From Bacteroidales bacterium (lineage in GTDB: Bacteria > Bacteroidota > Bacteroidia > Bacteroidales > UBA4417): a stretch of 64,000 nt of DNA. The notes beneath the pieces are model-generated. The model saw only the letters and a list, made by a program, of their open reading frames with translations. It was not told the origin of the DNA and did not search any database. Shown one piece after another: positions 1 to 9,252 of this stretch. The position numbers were made by a program, and so were the translations under genes. The DNA is taken from the NCBI GenBank assembly GCA_038322655.1, contig JBBQGD010000001.1, forward strand, positions 7,871 through 71,870. The letters run 5' to 3'. Position 1 is the stretch's first letter, and every line of letters begins with the position of its first letter.

Positions 1-2
1 CG

Positions 3-1100
3 CAGTATGAAAATTTCATAAAAGATGCTAAAGCAAAATGGCATACATACAAAGATCCAATTCAAGCCTTGTTAAATCCAAATTCACCTGTCCCGGAAAT
101 GGGCATTGAGATGCTTTCAGCCAGGCTTCTGGCCGACGAATGTGATGCCGCAGTAATAACTATTGGCCGCAATGCCGGTGAAGGCGAAGATCGCAAAAAT
201 GTGGAAGGTGACTTTAAGCTTACACAAACCGAATTGAGTATGATTGAATCGGTTTCAGCCGCTTTCCATAAAGTTGGGAAAAAGGTGATTGTAATCCTGA
301 ATATTGGCGGCGTTGTTGAAGTTGCCTCATGGCGTGAAATGCCTGATGCTATTGTACTTGCATGGCAGGGTGGCCAGGAAACCGGCAATTCCATAGCTGA
401 TATTCTTACCGGCAAAGTTAATCCGTCGGGTAAACTAACATCAACTTTTCCGATGAAATATGAAGATGTTCCTTCCGCACGAAACTTTCCCGGCAAACCT
501 ACCGGTAAAAACTCTTCCATTCCCGAAGGAGTTGATTTTGGATGGATTACCGGGTTTATATATCCAACACCGGCCCAAATCAGTTACGAAGAAGGTATTT
601 ATGTAGGATATCGTTATTATGAAACATTTGGTGTAAAACCTGCGTATGAATTTGGATTTGGACTGAGCTATTCGAAGTTTGAATACAGCGGGTTGAAAAT
701 TTCAGCTTCCGAATTTAAAGGGAAGCAATCAGTTTCATTTACCGTGAAAAACTCAGGATCAGTTTCTGGTCGAGAAGTTGTACAACTTTATGTTTCAGCT
801 CCGGCTGGTACTATCGAAAAACCAAAAGCTGAACTCAAAGGATTCGCCAAAACAAAATTATTGCAACCTGGTGAATCACAAACGCTCACTTTAACATTGA
901 CAGCCAGAGATCTATCTTCCTTTAATACTGTAGCTTCAGCATGGATTGCTGATGCAGGTAAGTATGACGTGTTAATAGGTGCCTCGTCAGCTAATATAAA
1001 ACTTACTGGTTCGGTTAATCTCAAAAAAGCCATTGTTTCAGAGAAAGTGAATAATGTTCTGTCGCCGAAAGTTGCAATTAAAGAATTATCAAAAAAATAG
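3..1100 (+). CDS. Glycoside hydrolase family 3 beta-glucosidase, C-terminal portion (5' end outside the window)
   Basis: Frame 3 is open from nt 3 (QYENFIKDAKAKWHTYKDPIQA precedes the ORF-track TTG at 69), so the gene is cut by the window edge. GKVNPSGKLTSTFP, EEGIYVGYRYY, FGFGLSYSKFEY and the Fn3-like tail (GREVVQLYV...ELKGFAKTKLLQPGESQTLTLTL) are typical of GH3 BglX-type C-terminal domains. Confidence 0.85.
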   Translation, partial: QYENFIKDAKAKWHTYKDPIQALLNPNSPVPEMGIEMLSARLLADECDAAVITIGRNAGEGEDRKNVEGDFKLTQTELSMIESVSAAFHKVGKKVIVILNIGGVVEVASWREMPDAIVLAWQGGQETGNSIADILTGKVNPSGKLTSTFPMKYEDVPSARNFPGKPTGKNSSIPEGVDFGWITGFIYPTPAQISYEEGIYVGYRYYETFGVKPAYEFGFGLSYSKFEYSGLKISASEFKGKQSVSFTVKNSGSVSGREVVQLYVSAPAGTIEKPKAELKGFAKTKLLQPGESQTLTLTLTARDLSSFNTVASAWIADAGKYDVLIGASSANIKLTGSVNLKKAIVSEKVNNVLSPKVAIKELSKK

Positions 1101-1155
1101 GAACATAAATCTGGTAGGTCTTTAAGAACTTGTCATCATTTAATAATTGAAAATC

Positions 1156-1190
1156 AAAAACCCTTTCCAGGTAACCGGAAAGGGTTTTCG
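1156..1190. terminator. Probable bidirectional intrinsic terminator between convergent GH3 and mutB
   Basis: An 8-bp GC-rich stem (ccctttcc at 1161-1168, ggaaaggg at 1177-1184) is preceded by an A-run (1156-1160) and followed by a T-run (1185-1188). It lies in the 114-nt gap between two convergent stop codons. Confidence 0.55.
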
Positions 1191-1214
1191 TATGCAATAA
1201 AATCAGATTTTGAG

Positions 1215-3353
1215 TTATTTCCGGCTGCTGATCAAAATTTCAAGCATTTGAATTGCGGCTGCTGGAATTTTGGTTCCCGGACCAAAAATTGCAACTGCTC
1301 CCGCTTCATACAAATAATCATAATCCTGCGATGGAATAACTCCTCCCACAATAACCATAATATCTTCACGGCCGAGTTTTTTCAACTCTTCAATAACTTG
1401 TGGAACCAGGGTTTTGTGTCCTGCAGCAAGACTTGAAACGCCAAGAACATGTACATCATTTTCTACAGCCTGTCGCGCTGCTTCAGCTGGAGTCTGGAAC
1501 AACGGGCCCATATCCACATCGAAGCCAATGTCGGCATAACCGGTGGCTACAACTTTGGCTCCACGGTCGTGGCCATCCTGACCCATTTTAGCAATCATAA
1601 TACGTGGACGGCGGCCATCGAGTGCAGCAAATTCGTCAGCCATTTTGCAGGCTTTCATATATGATTCGTCGCCCTGGCTTTCTGAGGAGTAAACTCCTGA
1701 TATGGATCTGATCACGGCTTTGTACCTCCCATAAACTTTTTCTAATGCACTTGAAATTTCTCCTAACGACGCACGTTTCCGTGCTGCATCAATTGCCAGA
1801 GCAAGCAGGTTGCCTTCCCCGGTTTCGGCACAGCTTGTGAGTGCCTGTAACGAAAGTTGTACTTCATCATTGTTGCGTTCGGCCCTTAGTTTTTTAAGTC
1901 GCTCAATCTGCGATAAGCGAACAGCAGTATTGTCAACTTCAAGTATATCAATCGGATCTTCTTTGGCTAAACGATATTTATTAATACCTACAATAGTATC
2001 CCTGCCTGCGTCAATCTTTGCCTGTTTCCGGGCCGAAGCTTCCTCAATCCGCATTTTCGGGATACCGGTTTCAATAGCTTTCGACATTCCTCCAAGCTCT
2101 TCAACTTCTTGTATCAGTTTCCATGCACTCTGGGCAATTTCATGCGTAAGTGTTTCAACGTAGTAGGAGCCAGCCCATGGATCAACCGCTTTGCAGATGT
2201 TGGTTTCTTCCTGAAGGTAAATCTGTGTGTTACGTGCAATACGTGCCGAGAAATCAGTTGGCAAAGCAATGGCTTCATCCAAAGCGTTTGTATGGAGCGA
2301 CTGGGTATGGCCCAGAGCTGCAGCAAGAGCTTCGACACAGGTACGGGTTACATTGTTGTATGGATCCTGTTCGGTGAGGCTCCATCCTGATGTTTGCGAG
2401 TGGGTACGCAGAGCCATCGATTTCGGATCTTTGGGATTGAACTGCTGAACAATTTTAGCCCAAAGCATCCGCGCTGCACGCATCTTTGCAATTTCCATAA
2501 AATGGTTCATTCCTATTCCCCAGAAAAATGAGAGCCTTGGTGCAAAAGCATCTATGTCAATGCCGGCATCAATACCTTTGCGGATATATTCCAGTCCGTC
2601 AGCAAGGGTATATGCAAGCTCAATATCGGCTGTGGCGCCGGCTTCCTGTATATGGTATCCGCTTATGCTGATTGAATTGAATTTCTTCATATTTTTCGAG
2701 GTGTACTCGAAAATATCAGCGATAATGCGCATACTTGGTGTCGGAGGATAGATGTAAGTGTTCCGGACCATGAATTCTTTCAGGATGTCATTCTGTATGG
2801 TTCCGCTGAGTTTTTCCATTGGAACGCCTTGTTCTTCGGCAGCCACAATATAAAATGCAAGGACAGGGAGCACTGCGCCGTTCATGGTCATCGATACCGA
2901 CATTTTATCCAAAGGAATCTGGTCAAAAAGGATTTTCATGTCGAGGATGGAGTCAATTGCAACACCGGCTTTACCAACATCACCCTCAACCCGCTCATGA
3001 TCGCTGTCGTAACCACGGTGTGTTGCGAGGTCGAAAGCAACTGAAAGCCCCATTTGACCTGCAGCCAGATTACGGCGATAAAAAGCGTTTGATTCTTCTG
3101 CTGTCGAAAAACCGGCATACTGGCGGATAGTCCAGGGTTTCATCACATACATTGTGCTGTACGGGCCACGAAGAAAAGGTGGTAAACCGGCAGCATAATT
3201 AAGATGTTCCATTCCTGTAATATCAGCGCTGGTATATACTGGTTTTACTGAAATTTGTTCATTTGTCATCCATTCAGTTTGTGCTGATGGCTGAATTGCA
3301 GCAGATTTTAGCTTGCTGCTTTTGATATCTATATTTTTAAAATCGGGTCGCAT
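1215..3353 (-). CDS. mutB: Methylmalonyl-CoA mutase, large (catalytic, B12-binding) subunit
   Basis: 712 aa. Substrate-barrel motifs are present ([33 protein letters not shown]). The C-terminal cobalamin domain carries the DxHxxG ligand motif ([13 protein letters not shown]). It starts 53 nt downstream of its paralogous small subunit on the same strand. Confidence 0.95.
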   Translation of the reverse strand: MRPDFKNIDIKSSKLKSAAIQPSAQTEWMTNEQISVKPVYTSADITGMEHLNYAAGLPPFLRGPYSTMYVMKPWTIRQYAGFSTAEESNAFYRRNLAAGQMGLSVAFDLATHRGYDSDHERVEGDVGKAGVAIDSILDMKILFDQIPLDKMSVSMTMNGAVLPVLAFYIVAAEEQGVPMEKLSGTIQNDILKEFMVRNTYIYPPTPSMRIIADIFEYTSKNMKKFNSISISGYHIQEAGATADIELAYTLADGLEYIRKGIDAGIDIDAFAPRLSFFWGIGMNHFMEIAKMRAARMLWAKIVQQFNPKDPKSMALRTHSQTSGWSLTEQDPYNNVTRTCVEALAAALGHTQSLHTNALDEAIALPTDFSARIARNTQIYLQEETNICKAVDPWAGSYYVETLTHEIAQSAWKLIQEVEELGGMSKAIETGIPKMRIEEASARKQAKIDAGRDTIVGINKYRLAKEDPIDILEVDNTAVRLSQIERLKKLRAERNNDEVQLSLQALTSCAETGEGNLLALAIDAARKRASLGEISSALEKVYGRYKAVIRSISGVYSSESQGDESYMKACKMADEFAALDGRRPRIMIAKMGQDGHDRGAKVVATGYADIGFDVDMGPLFQTPAEAARQAVENDVHVLGVSSLAAGHKTLVPQVIEELKKLGREDIMVIVGGVIPSQDYDYLYEAGAVAIFGPGTKIPAAAIQMLEILISSRK

Positions 3354-3406
3354 CGTTGGATGAGGGATTTTGTGAATTTTATGAGAGTGGTTTGGTAATA
3401 CTTTTA

Positions 3407-5338
3407 CTAGAAAATGCCAAGTTTTTCCTGGAATGTTTCAAGTGTTTGAAGCAGATTACTGCGAACATGAATGAATTCGTCGACACCAACTTGTTTCAGT
3501 GATTCAATTATCTCTTTTGGATAACCGGCAACAACAAGAGCTAACTCCTTGTTTGTTTTCTTCAGTTTGCCTGCAATTTCAGGAACCAACGTGGCATATT
3601 CATCATCGGAACTGCAAACCACAACTATTTCAGCTTTCGAAGCTTTGGCAGCGTTTACTCCTTCGTCGATAGTTGCAAATCCTGAATTGTCCAGAATTTC
3701 GTACCCGGCACATCCAAAGAAATTAGTTGTAAACATAGCCCTTGCCTTACGCATAGACAGGTTCCCGATATTGAAAAGGAATACTGAAGGCTTTTTATTT
3801 CCATCTGCAACAAACTGTTCGGTACTCAGCCTTAGTTGGTCAAAAGCATCAGAGCCACCGAAAAGAACAAGTTTCTTATATGTTGTAAGTGCTTCATCAT
3901 CCTCATCTATCTCTGTTTCATCATCAGCATATAGTTCTTCTTCAAGCATATCATCGTCGTCAGAAAAATCTATTTTTTCAAGCATCTGCTCTGCAGGATT
4001 AGGATATTGATTTGTGCCAAGCTGAACAATACGGCGGTTGGCAATATCATCGAGTCTCAGACCTGCTGATTTCTCCACCTGATCCTGTACATATCCGGAT
4101 TTTACAGCTTCAATCATTCCGCCTTTTTCCTCAATCTGAAGGAATACTTTCCAGGCTGCTTCAGCAATAAGTTGGGTAAGATTTTCAATATAATATGAGC
4201 CTGCTGAAGGATCAATTACTTTATCAAGGTAAACTTCTTCTTTCAGTATAATCTGCTGGTTACGTGCCAGCCTGTTCGAAAACTCATCAGGATCTTTGTA
4301 AAAAGTATCGAAAGGAAGTATGTTGAGAGATTGTGTTCCTCCGATTATGGCCGACATAGCTTCGGTAGTGCTGCGTAAAAGGTTAACATAGGGATCAAAC
4401 AATGTTTTATTCCATGCTGATGTATTGCAATGTATGTGCATCTTCATGGATGTTTGATCAGCCGGTTTATACTGCTCAACAATTTTAGCCCAAAGTAAAC
4501 GTGCAGCCCTGAGCCGGGCAATTTCCATAAAGTAATTGGACCCAACTCCAAACGAAAACATTATACGCTGTGCTGCATCATCAACCGTAACACCTGCAGA
4601 AGTTGCCAGGGCAAGGTACTCATTTCCCGAAGCCAGACTGAAACCCAGTTCCTGAACCAATGTTGCCCCTGCGCTATTAAAATAATGACCGTTTACATTG
4701 ATCACTTTCATTACAGGCATGAGTTCTTTACCAAGTTTAATCATGTTTGCAACCTGGGCCAGGTCATATTTTTCCGATTTCCAGAAATCACCGTTGAGCA
4801 GCAGGTAGCTTAAAGGATCGAAATCAAATGATCCTTTCAATTCCGAAACGGGCAGTTTTTGTGATTTTGCATTTGCTGCAACAATTTTTATCAGGGCAGG
4901 GTATGAGGAAGCTGCACCAAAATGAATTGCAACCTTTGCAGTGTCGATTCCTTTCAGGAGTTCTTCAACATCGTTTTCTGTTTCCAGCCCATCTGCGACT
5001 AACCCAATTCCTGTGGCACCTCGTTTTATCGCGTCAATAGCTAATATGTTAGCTTCCGATTCGTCGTTGGTTTCAATATCCTGCCGGATTTCCCAATTAT
5101 TGGTTATTGACTGGTTGCCCCGAATAAAAGGATATTCTCCCGGCACAGAATTTATGTTTTCTATACCTTGAGTATCCTCATCTCGGTAATAGGGTTTCAC
5201 ATCAAAGCCTTCGGAAGTCTTCCAGACAAGTTTTTTCTGGTAATCGGCGCCTTTCAGATCATCCGTAATGCGTGCTTCCCATTCGGAAGTGCTTACCGGT
5301 GGAAATGTACCGAAAAGTTTATCATAATTCTGATCCAT
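3407..5338 (-). CDS. mutA: Methylmalonyl-CoA mutase, small subunit
   Basis: 643 aa and paralogous to mutB along its length (e.g. [18 protein letters not shown] versus [18 protein letters not shown]). It lacks the DxHxxG histidine in the C-terminal Rossmann-like domain, with [11 protein letters not shown] in its place. This is the usual mutA-mutB order. Confidence 0.85.
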   Translation of the reverse strand: MDQNYDKLFGTFPPVSTSEWEARITDDLKGADYQKKLVWKTSEGFDVKPYYRDEDTQGIENINSVPGEYPFIRGNQSITNNWEIRQDIETNDESEANILAIDAIKRGATGIGLVADGLETENDVEELLKGIDTAKVAIHFGAASSYPALIKIVAANAKSQKLPVSELKGSFDFDPLSYLLLNGDFWKSEKYDLAQVANMIKLGKELMPVMKVINVNGHYFNSAGATLVQELGFSLASGNEYLALATSAGVTVDDAAQRIMFSFGVGSNYFMEIARLRAARLLWAKIVEQYKPADQTSMKMHIHCNTSAWNKTLFDPYVNLLRSTTEAMSAIIGGTQSLNILPFDTFYKDPDEFSNRLARNQQIILKEEVYLDKVIDPSAGSYYIENLTQLIAEAAWKVFLQIEEKGGMIEAVKSGYVQDQVEKSAGLRLDDIANRRIVQLGTNQYPNPAEQMLEKIDFSDDDDMLEEELYADDETEIDEDDEALTTYKKLVLFGGSDAFDQLRLSTEQFVADGNKKPSVFLFNIGNLSMRKARAMFTTNFFGCAGYEILDNSGFATIDEGVNAAKASKAEIVVVCSSDDEYATLVPEIAGKLKKTNKELALVVAGYPKEIIESLKQVGVDEFIHVRSNLLQTLETFQEKLGIF

Positions 5339-5398
5339 AGTTAATTATAAATTGGTCAGCGTGAAAGCCGGGGAACCCCGGATACATTATTTAGCGGG

Positions 5399-5406
5399 CA
5401 AAGGTA
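5399..5406 (-). promoter_or_regulatory. Candidate Bacteroidetes -7 promoter box (TACCTTTG) for mutA-mutB
   Basis: Plus-strand caaaggta is TAccTTTG on the minus strand and matches the Bacteroidetes TAnnTTTG -7 consensus. It sits 60 nt upstream of the mutA ATG. The leader contains the small hairpin ccgggg/ccccgg (5368-5381). Only the -7 element matches. Confidence 0.3.
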
Positions 5407-5532
5407 TAAATATTTGTAAACATGAGCATTCTTTTGTTAATTGAATAACAACTCAACTAAAAAATTAATGTTACATTTACAGGTAAAAAATAAGACTTCC
5501 GAATTTAAGTTAACATTTTATCCATTGCTTTT

Positions 5533-6387
5533 ATGATTATTGCTGTATCAGGTTCAGGAGGGTTTATCGGGAAACAACTCACGCTTTTTTTGCAATCGAA
5601 ACAAAATGAGGTTCGTGCTATTTCCAGGATTAACGAAAATACACCGGTAGCAGAAGTTGCACGGCAGCTTTCAGGAGTTGATGTAGTTATAAATCTTGCG
5701 GGAGCACCTGTAATTGGCCGTTGGACCCAGGCATATAAAAATATTTTGTTCGACAGTCGTATAATTACTACACGTAAAATTGTGGAAGCGATTAGTTTAC
5801 TGGACAAAAAGCCGCAAGTGCTTGTTTCAGCATCGGCTATAGGGATTTATTCGCAGGACGGAGAGCATGCCGAGAACAATTATCATCTGGCTGATGACTA
5901 CCTAGGGCAAATATGCGGTGCCTGGGAATCAGAAGCAAAAAAAGCTACTCCTTTTACCAGGGTCGCTATTACCAGGTTTGGAATCGTTTTGGGTAAAGAA
6001 GGAGGCGCTTTAAAACGAATGCTTCCTTTGTTCCGCATAGGCCTTGGAGGGAAAATAGCATCCGGACGGCAGGGATTCTCCTGGATTCACGTGTATGATG
6101 TAGTTCATGCTATTTATTTTATAATAGGCAATAAAAATGCAGCTGGTGAATTTAACTTCACAGCTCCCGATGTAGTCGACAACAATAAATTCACAAAAGT
6201 ACTGGCCGCAAAGTTAGGGAAACCCGCTATTTTTGCAGTACCTTCCTTTGCGCTAAAATTAGCTTTTGGCGAAGGCTCCATTGCTGTTGCCGGCGGCCAA
6301 TTCGCTATACCACAGCATTTGCTCGAAGCAGGCTATGAATTTAATTTTCCTGAATTGTCGAAAGCCCTCGACGATATTATTGGTTAA
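5533..6387 (+). CDS. TIGR01777-family NAD-dependent epimerase/dehydratase (DUF1731 C-terminus, YfcH-like)
   Basis: 284 aa. There is an N-terminal Rossmann GxxGxxG (VSGSGGFIGKQL) and a C-terminal GGQFAIPQHLLEAGYEFNFPELSKAL typical of the DUF1731 tail. Confidence 0.8.
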   Translation: MIIAVSGSGGFIGKQLTLFLQSKQNEVRAISRINENTPVAEVARQLSGVDVVINLAGAPVIGRWTQAYKNILFDSRIITTRKIVEAISLLDKKPQVLVSASAIGIYSQDGEHAENNYHLADDYLGQICGAWESEAKKATPFTRVAITRFGIVLGKEGGALKRMLPLFRIGLGGKIASGRQGFSWIHVYDVVHAIYFIIGNKNAAGEFNFTAPDVVDNNKFTKVLAAKLGKPAIFAVPSFALKLAFGEGSIAVAGGQFAIPQHLLEAGYEFNFPELSKALDDIIG

Positions 6388-8553
6388 TTAATCAACAATC
6401 GTCATCTCATTCACCAGCCTTTTGGCTCCCGCCATTTTATCGATAATAAACAAACAGTACCGTATATCAAGTGAGATATTACGGCATTGATCAGGATCGT
6501 ACATCAGGTCGCTCATAGTTCCTTCCCAGCAACGGTCGAAATTGATTCCAATCAGTTGTCCATCGGCATTGAGAACGGGACTTCCACTATTGCCACCAGT
6601 TGTGTGGTTTGAAGCAATAAACCCCACATGCATGCTATGGTCTGCATCTGCATACCTGCCATAATCATGAAGTTTGTATAATTCTTTCAACTTAGGTTCA
6701 ACCACGTAATCGTAAATATCGGGATTTTCTTTCTGCATAATTCCGTCGAGTGTGGTAAACCAGTTGTACTGTACAGCATCGGCAGGCTGATATCCATCGA
6801 CCTTTCCATAGGTAACGCGAAGAGTTGAATTTGCATCCGGATAAAAGCGTTTGGTGGGTTGCATCTCCATCTGGCCTGCTATATATATTCGCTGCAGGCT
6901 GTCATTGGTTGCTGAAAAAGAACTGACCAATGGAGAAAATGTATTTTGCCAATAATCATAAATACCGTATGCTAAAATATAAGATGGATCTTTTTCGATC
7001 GTACGGACATTCTTTCGTTTAAAATTATCAAGGAAGGCAAAAAGCTTAACTGAATCAGCAAAAATTGTTTTTTTGTAGAAATTATCAGCCCAGGTATTAA
7101 TATTTCCTTTGAATTTTGCTGTATTCTCCTTAACAACAGGTGCTTGTAAAGAGCTTTGGCATGACGATGAATATGTGCTCATTAAAGTTTCGAAAAGCTG
7201 TTTATCTACCTTGGTGTTATAATTTTTATAGAATGCAGCTGATGATGTTTTTAATGACTCAACAAGTTTAGCTATGTCAGCATCTGTTTTTGATTTATCA
7301 TTACATTGTTTCACCAAAGTGCTGAATCCATAAGCAAATCGTACTTGTTCAATTCCCATTAATCCTTCGGTAAGGTATGTGTAAGCGTTATAAACCGGAA
7401 CATACGCATCATATAATTTCCCGAAAGCAGGCAACAACTGTCCGTATTTTGCATTAGTTTCAGGATTTGACTGCGCCCAACTCTGAAATTCCTTTTCGAA
7501 CTCCTGTTTTTTCTCAATAGCATCAAGGCGTTTGATGCCGCGGCTTTCACCTATCATCTTTTTCCAATAGTTGGCAATTCCGGCTGCTTTGGCTGAATAT
7601 TGTATGCGGGTAAGGCGATCGTTTTCCATTGCTTTGTCAATGATATCAAGACGTTGTTGCCGAAGACTAATTGCAATAGGGTTGTGTTGCAATGCAATCA
7701 TATCAATTGCAGCAGATGGAATGTATTCCTGGGTGGTTCCCGGGAAACCGTAAACAAAAGTAAAATCGCCTTCTTTGATACCTTTTAATGAAATTGTCAG
7801 ATGTTTAGCAGGGTGGTAAGGAACATTATCCTTCGAATAATCGGCAGGATTATTGTCCTTTCCGGCATAAATGCGAAACATGGAAAAATCGCCCGTATGC
7901 CGTGGCCACATCCAATTGTCGGTGTCGCCACCAAATTTACCGATATTTGATGGAGGTGTCCCAACCAGGCGAACATCGGTAAACGTTTCGGTAACAAACA
8001 GATAATATTGGTTTCCTCCATAAAATGGCTTTATCTGTCCTGCATATTTTGTGCCTTTAACCGCCTCTTTTACAAGTACCCTGATATTTAACTGGATTAG
8101 AGAATCACGCACTTTTTGGCTCATATTGTCATTTATGCCCATCAAAGTCTGTTGTGTAACATCTTCCATCCTCACAAGGAATGTTACTTTTAGACCAGGG
8201 TTTGGTAATTCTTCTTCAGCTCGTTGTGCCCAAAATCCATCTGTAAGATAGTCATGCTCAAGTGAACTATGATTCTGTATGCTGCTATACCCGCAATGGT
8301 GGTTTGTAAGTAATAATCCCTGGTCGGAAACCAATTCGCCGGTACAACCTCCTCCGAATAATACTATAGCATCCTTCAGGCTCGAATGGTTTATGGAGTA
8401 GATATCCTCGGCAGTGATGCGCATGCCCATATCGTGCATTTCTTTTTCATTGAGCTGTGATAGCAAAACGGGCAACCATATACCCTCACCGGCACGGCTA
8501 AGATTTGATAATAAGGATAAGGTAAGAAAAAATAGTATGATTTTAATTTTCAT
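6388..8553 (-). CDS. Peptidase family S46 dipeptidyl-peptidase, DPP11-like
   Basis: 721 aa with a signal peptide. The catalytic His context is LLLTNHHCG and the Ser context is TGGNSGSPV. Arg sits 18 residues after the nucleophile Ser (NFDRCWEG), the position I recall as Arg673 in Porphyromonas DPP11 versus Gly666 in DPP7. Confidence 0.85.
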   Translation of the reverse strand: MKIKIILFFLTLSLLSNLSRAGEGIWLPVLLSQLNEKEMHDMGMRITAEDIYSINHSSLKDAIVLFGGGCTGELVSDQGLLLTNHHCGYSSIQNHSSLEHDYLTDGFWAQRAEEELPNPGLKVTFLVRMEDVTQQTLMGINDNMSQKVRDSLIQLNIRVLVKEAVKGTKYAGQIKPFYGGNQYYLFVTETFTDVRLVGTPPSNIGKFGGDTDNWMWPRHTGDFSMFRIYAGKDNNPADYSKDNVPYHPAKHLTISLKGIKEGDFTFVYGFPGTTQEYIPSAAIDMIALQHNPIAISLRQQRLDIIDKAMENDRLTRIQYSAKAAGIANYWKKMIGESRGIKRLDAIEKKQEFEKEFQSWAQSNPETNAKYGQLLPAFGKLYDAYVPVYNAYTYLTEGLMGIEQVRFAYGFSTLVKQCNDKSKTDADIAKLVESLKTSSAAFYKNYNTKVDKQLFETLMSTYSSSCQSSLQAPVVKENTAKFKGNINTWADNFYKKTIFADSVKLFAFLDNFKRKNVRTIEKDPSYILAYGIYDYWQNTFSPLVSSFSATNDSLQRIYIAGQMEMQPTKRFYPDANSTLRVTYGKVDGYQPADAVQYNWFTTLDGIMQKENPDIYDYVVEPKLKELYKLHDYGRYADADHSMHVGFIASNHTTGGNSGSPVLNADGQLIGINFDRCWEGTMSDLMYDPDQCRNISLDIRYCLFIIDKMAGAKRLVNEMTIVD

Positions 8554-8637
8554 CTGATAATGAATTTATGAGTTACGATTTAAGTCTGCAATTCAGATGT
8601 TTGAATTTCAGTTTTCGATCACTTTTAATTATGAATT

Positions 8638-9015
8638 CTATCTTGCGGCAATGGTTTCTATTTCAATCAGAGCTCCCAGCGGAAGCCTCACAACACCATA
8701 GGCTGCCCTGGCTGGGCTGTTTTCGGGGTAATATTTACCATAAACTTCATTCATAGCTGTAAAGTTATCCATATCACTAAGCAGGCAAGTTGATTTAACC
8801 ACATCGGCAAAAGTATAACCAGCCTCAGCCAGTATAGCTCCTATATTTTGCATCACTTGCTCCGTTTGTTCCTTTATACCGCCTTCAATAATTTTTGAAG
8901 TAGAAGTATCAATCGGAATTTGTCCGGAGATGAACAAAATTCCATTAATTTCAACAGCCTGGCTGTATGGCCCGATTGCTTTTGGGGCCTTGTCAGTAAA
9001 AATGATAGTTTTCAT
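8638..9015 (-). CDS. ridA: RidA/YjgF/TdcF-family reactive-intermediate deaminase
   Basis: 125 aa. APKAIGPYSQAV, FISGQIP, ...VRLPLGALIEIETIA is the canonical RidA fold signature. It lies upstream of the S46 gene on the same strand, and no promoter box is seen between them. Confidence 0.9.
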   Translation of the reverse strand: MKTIIFTDKAPKAIGPYSQAVEINGILFISGQIPIDTSTSKIIEGGIKEQTEQVMQNIGAILAEAGYTFADVVKSTCLLSDMDNFTAMNEVYGKYYPENSPARAAYGVVRLPLGALIEIETIAAR

Positions 9016-9037
9016 TATTTCTTATTTTAATAGGGTT

Positions 9038-9045
9038 CAAATGTA
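9038..9045 (-). promoter_or_regulatory. Candidate -7 promoter box (TACATTTG) for ridA (and possibly the S46 peptidase)
   Basis: Plus-strand caaatgta is TAcaTTTG on the minus strand, 22 nt upstream of the ridA ATG (9015). It matches TAnnTTTG. Confidence 0.4.
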
Positions 9046-9252
9046 TAACTTTTTTCAAATTTTTAGCTATAAGTATCAATTATTAAGTAGTTTTCTGCAA
9101 ATTTCATCGTATCTTAGCTAAAAGTAAACATTCAAATACATGGAAAAGTAAAGACTTCAACTAAAAGCTCATTACACATAGCAACTACTAATTATTGAGG
9201 ATGTTAAATAATTTCTATTTTACACATTACTACTTTTAATTTGATTGCTTAA

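Noticed and set aside
62-1033. Antisense ORFs 62-520 (152 aa) and 788-1033 (81 aa) opposite the GH3 gene
   Set aside because: They lie entirely inside a well-supported GH3 reading frame. Their composition is low-complexity and they have no recognisable motifs. They are typical shadow ORFs.
1248-3130. Numerous 60-117 aa plus-strand ORFs within mutB, and 2114-2338 and 2936-3118 on the minus strand in other frames
   Set aside because: All are nested in the mutB coding region, which has unambiguous full-length family motifs. None has motifs of its own.
3549-4010. 153-aa Ser-rich ORF antisense to mutA
   Set aside because: It mirrors the GAT/GAA-rich codons of the acidic linker of MutA ([26 protein letters not shown], about 3885-3975). 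Poly-Ser on the opposite strand is the expected artefact. The acidic linker itself is just an inter-domain spacer.
5339-5532. Possible cobalamin riboswitch ahead of mutA
   Set aside because: The candidate leader is only about 60 nt. It holds one small hairpin (ccgggg/ccccgg) and nothing resembling the B12-box or the multi-stem aptamer.
6384-6391. Palindrome TTAATTAA where the epimerase and S46 genes abut
   Set aside because: It is simply two convergent TAA stop codons placed back to back, with no flanking extended symmetry.
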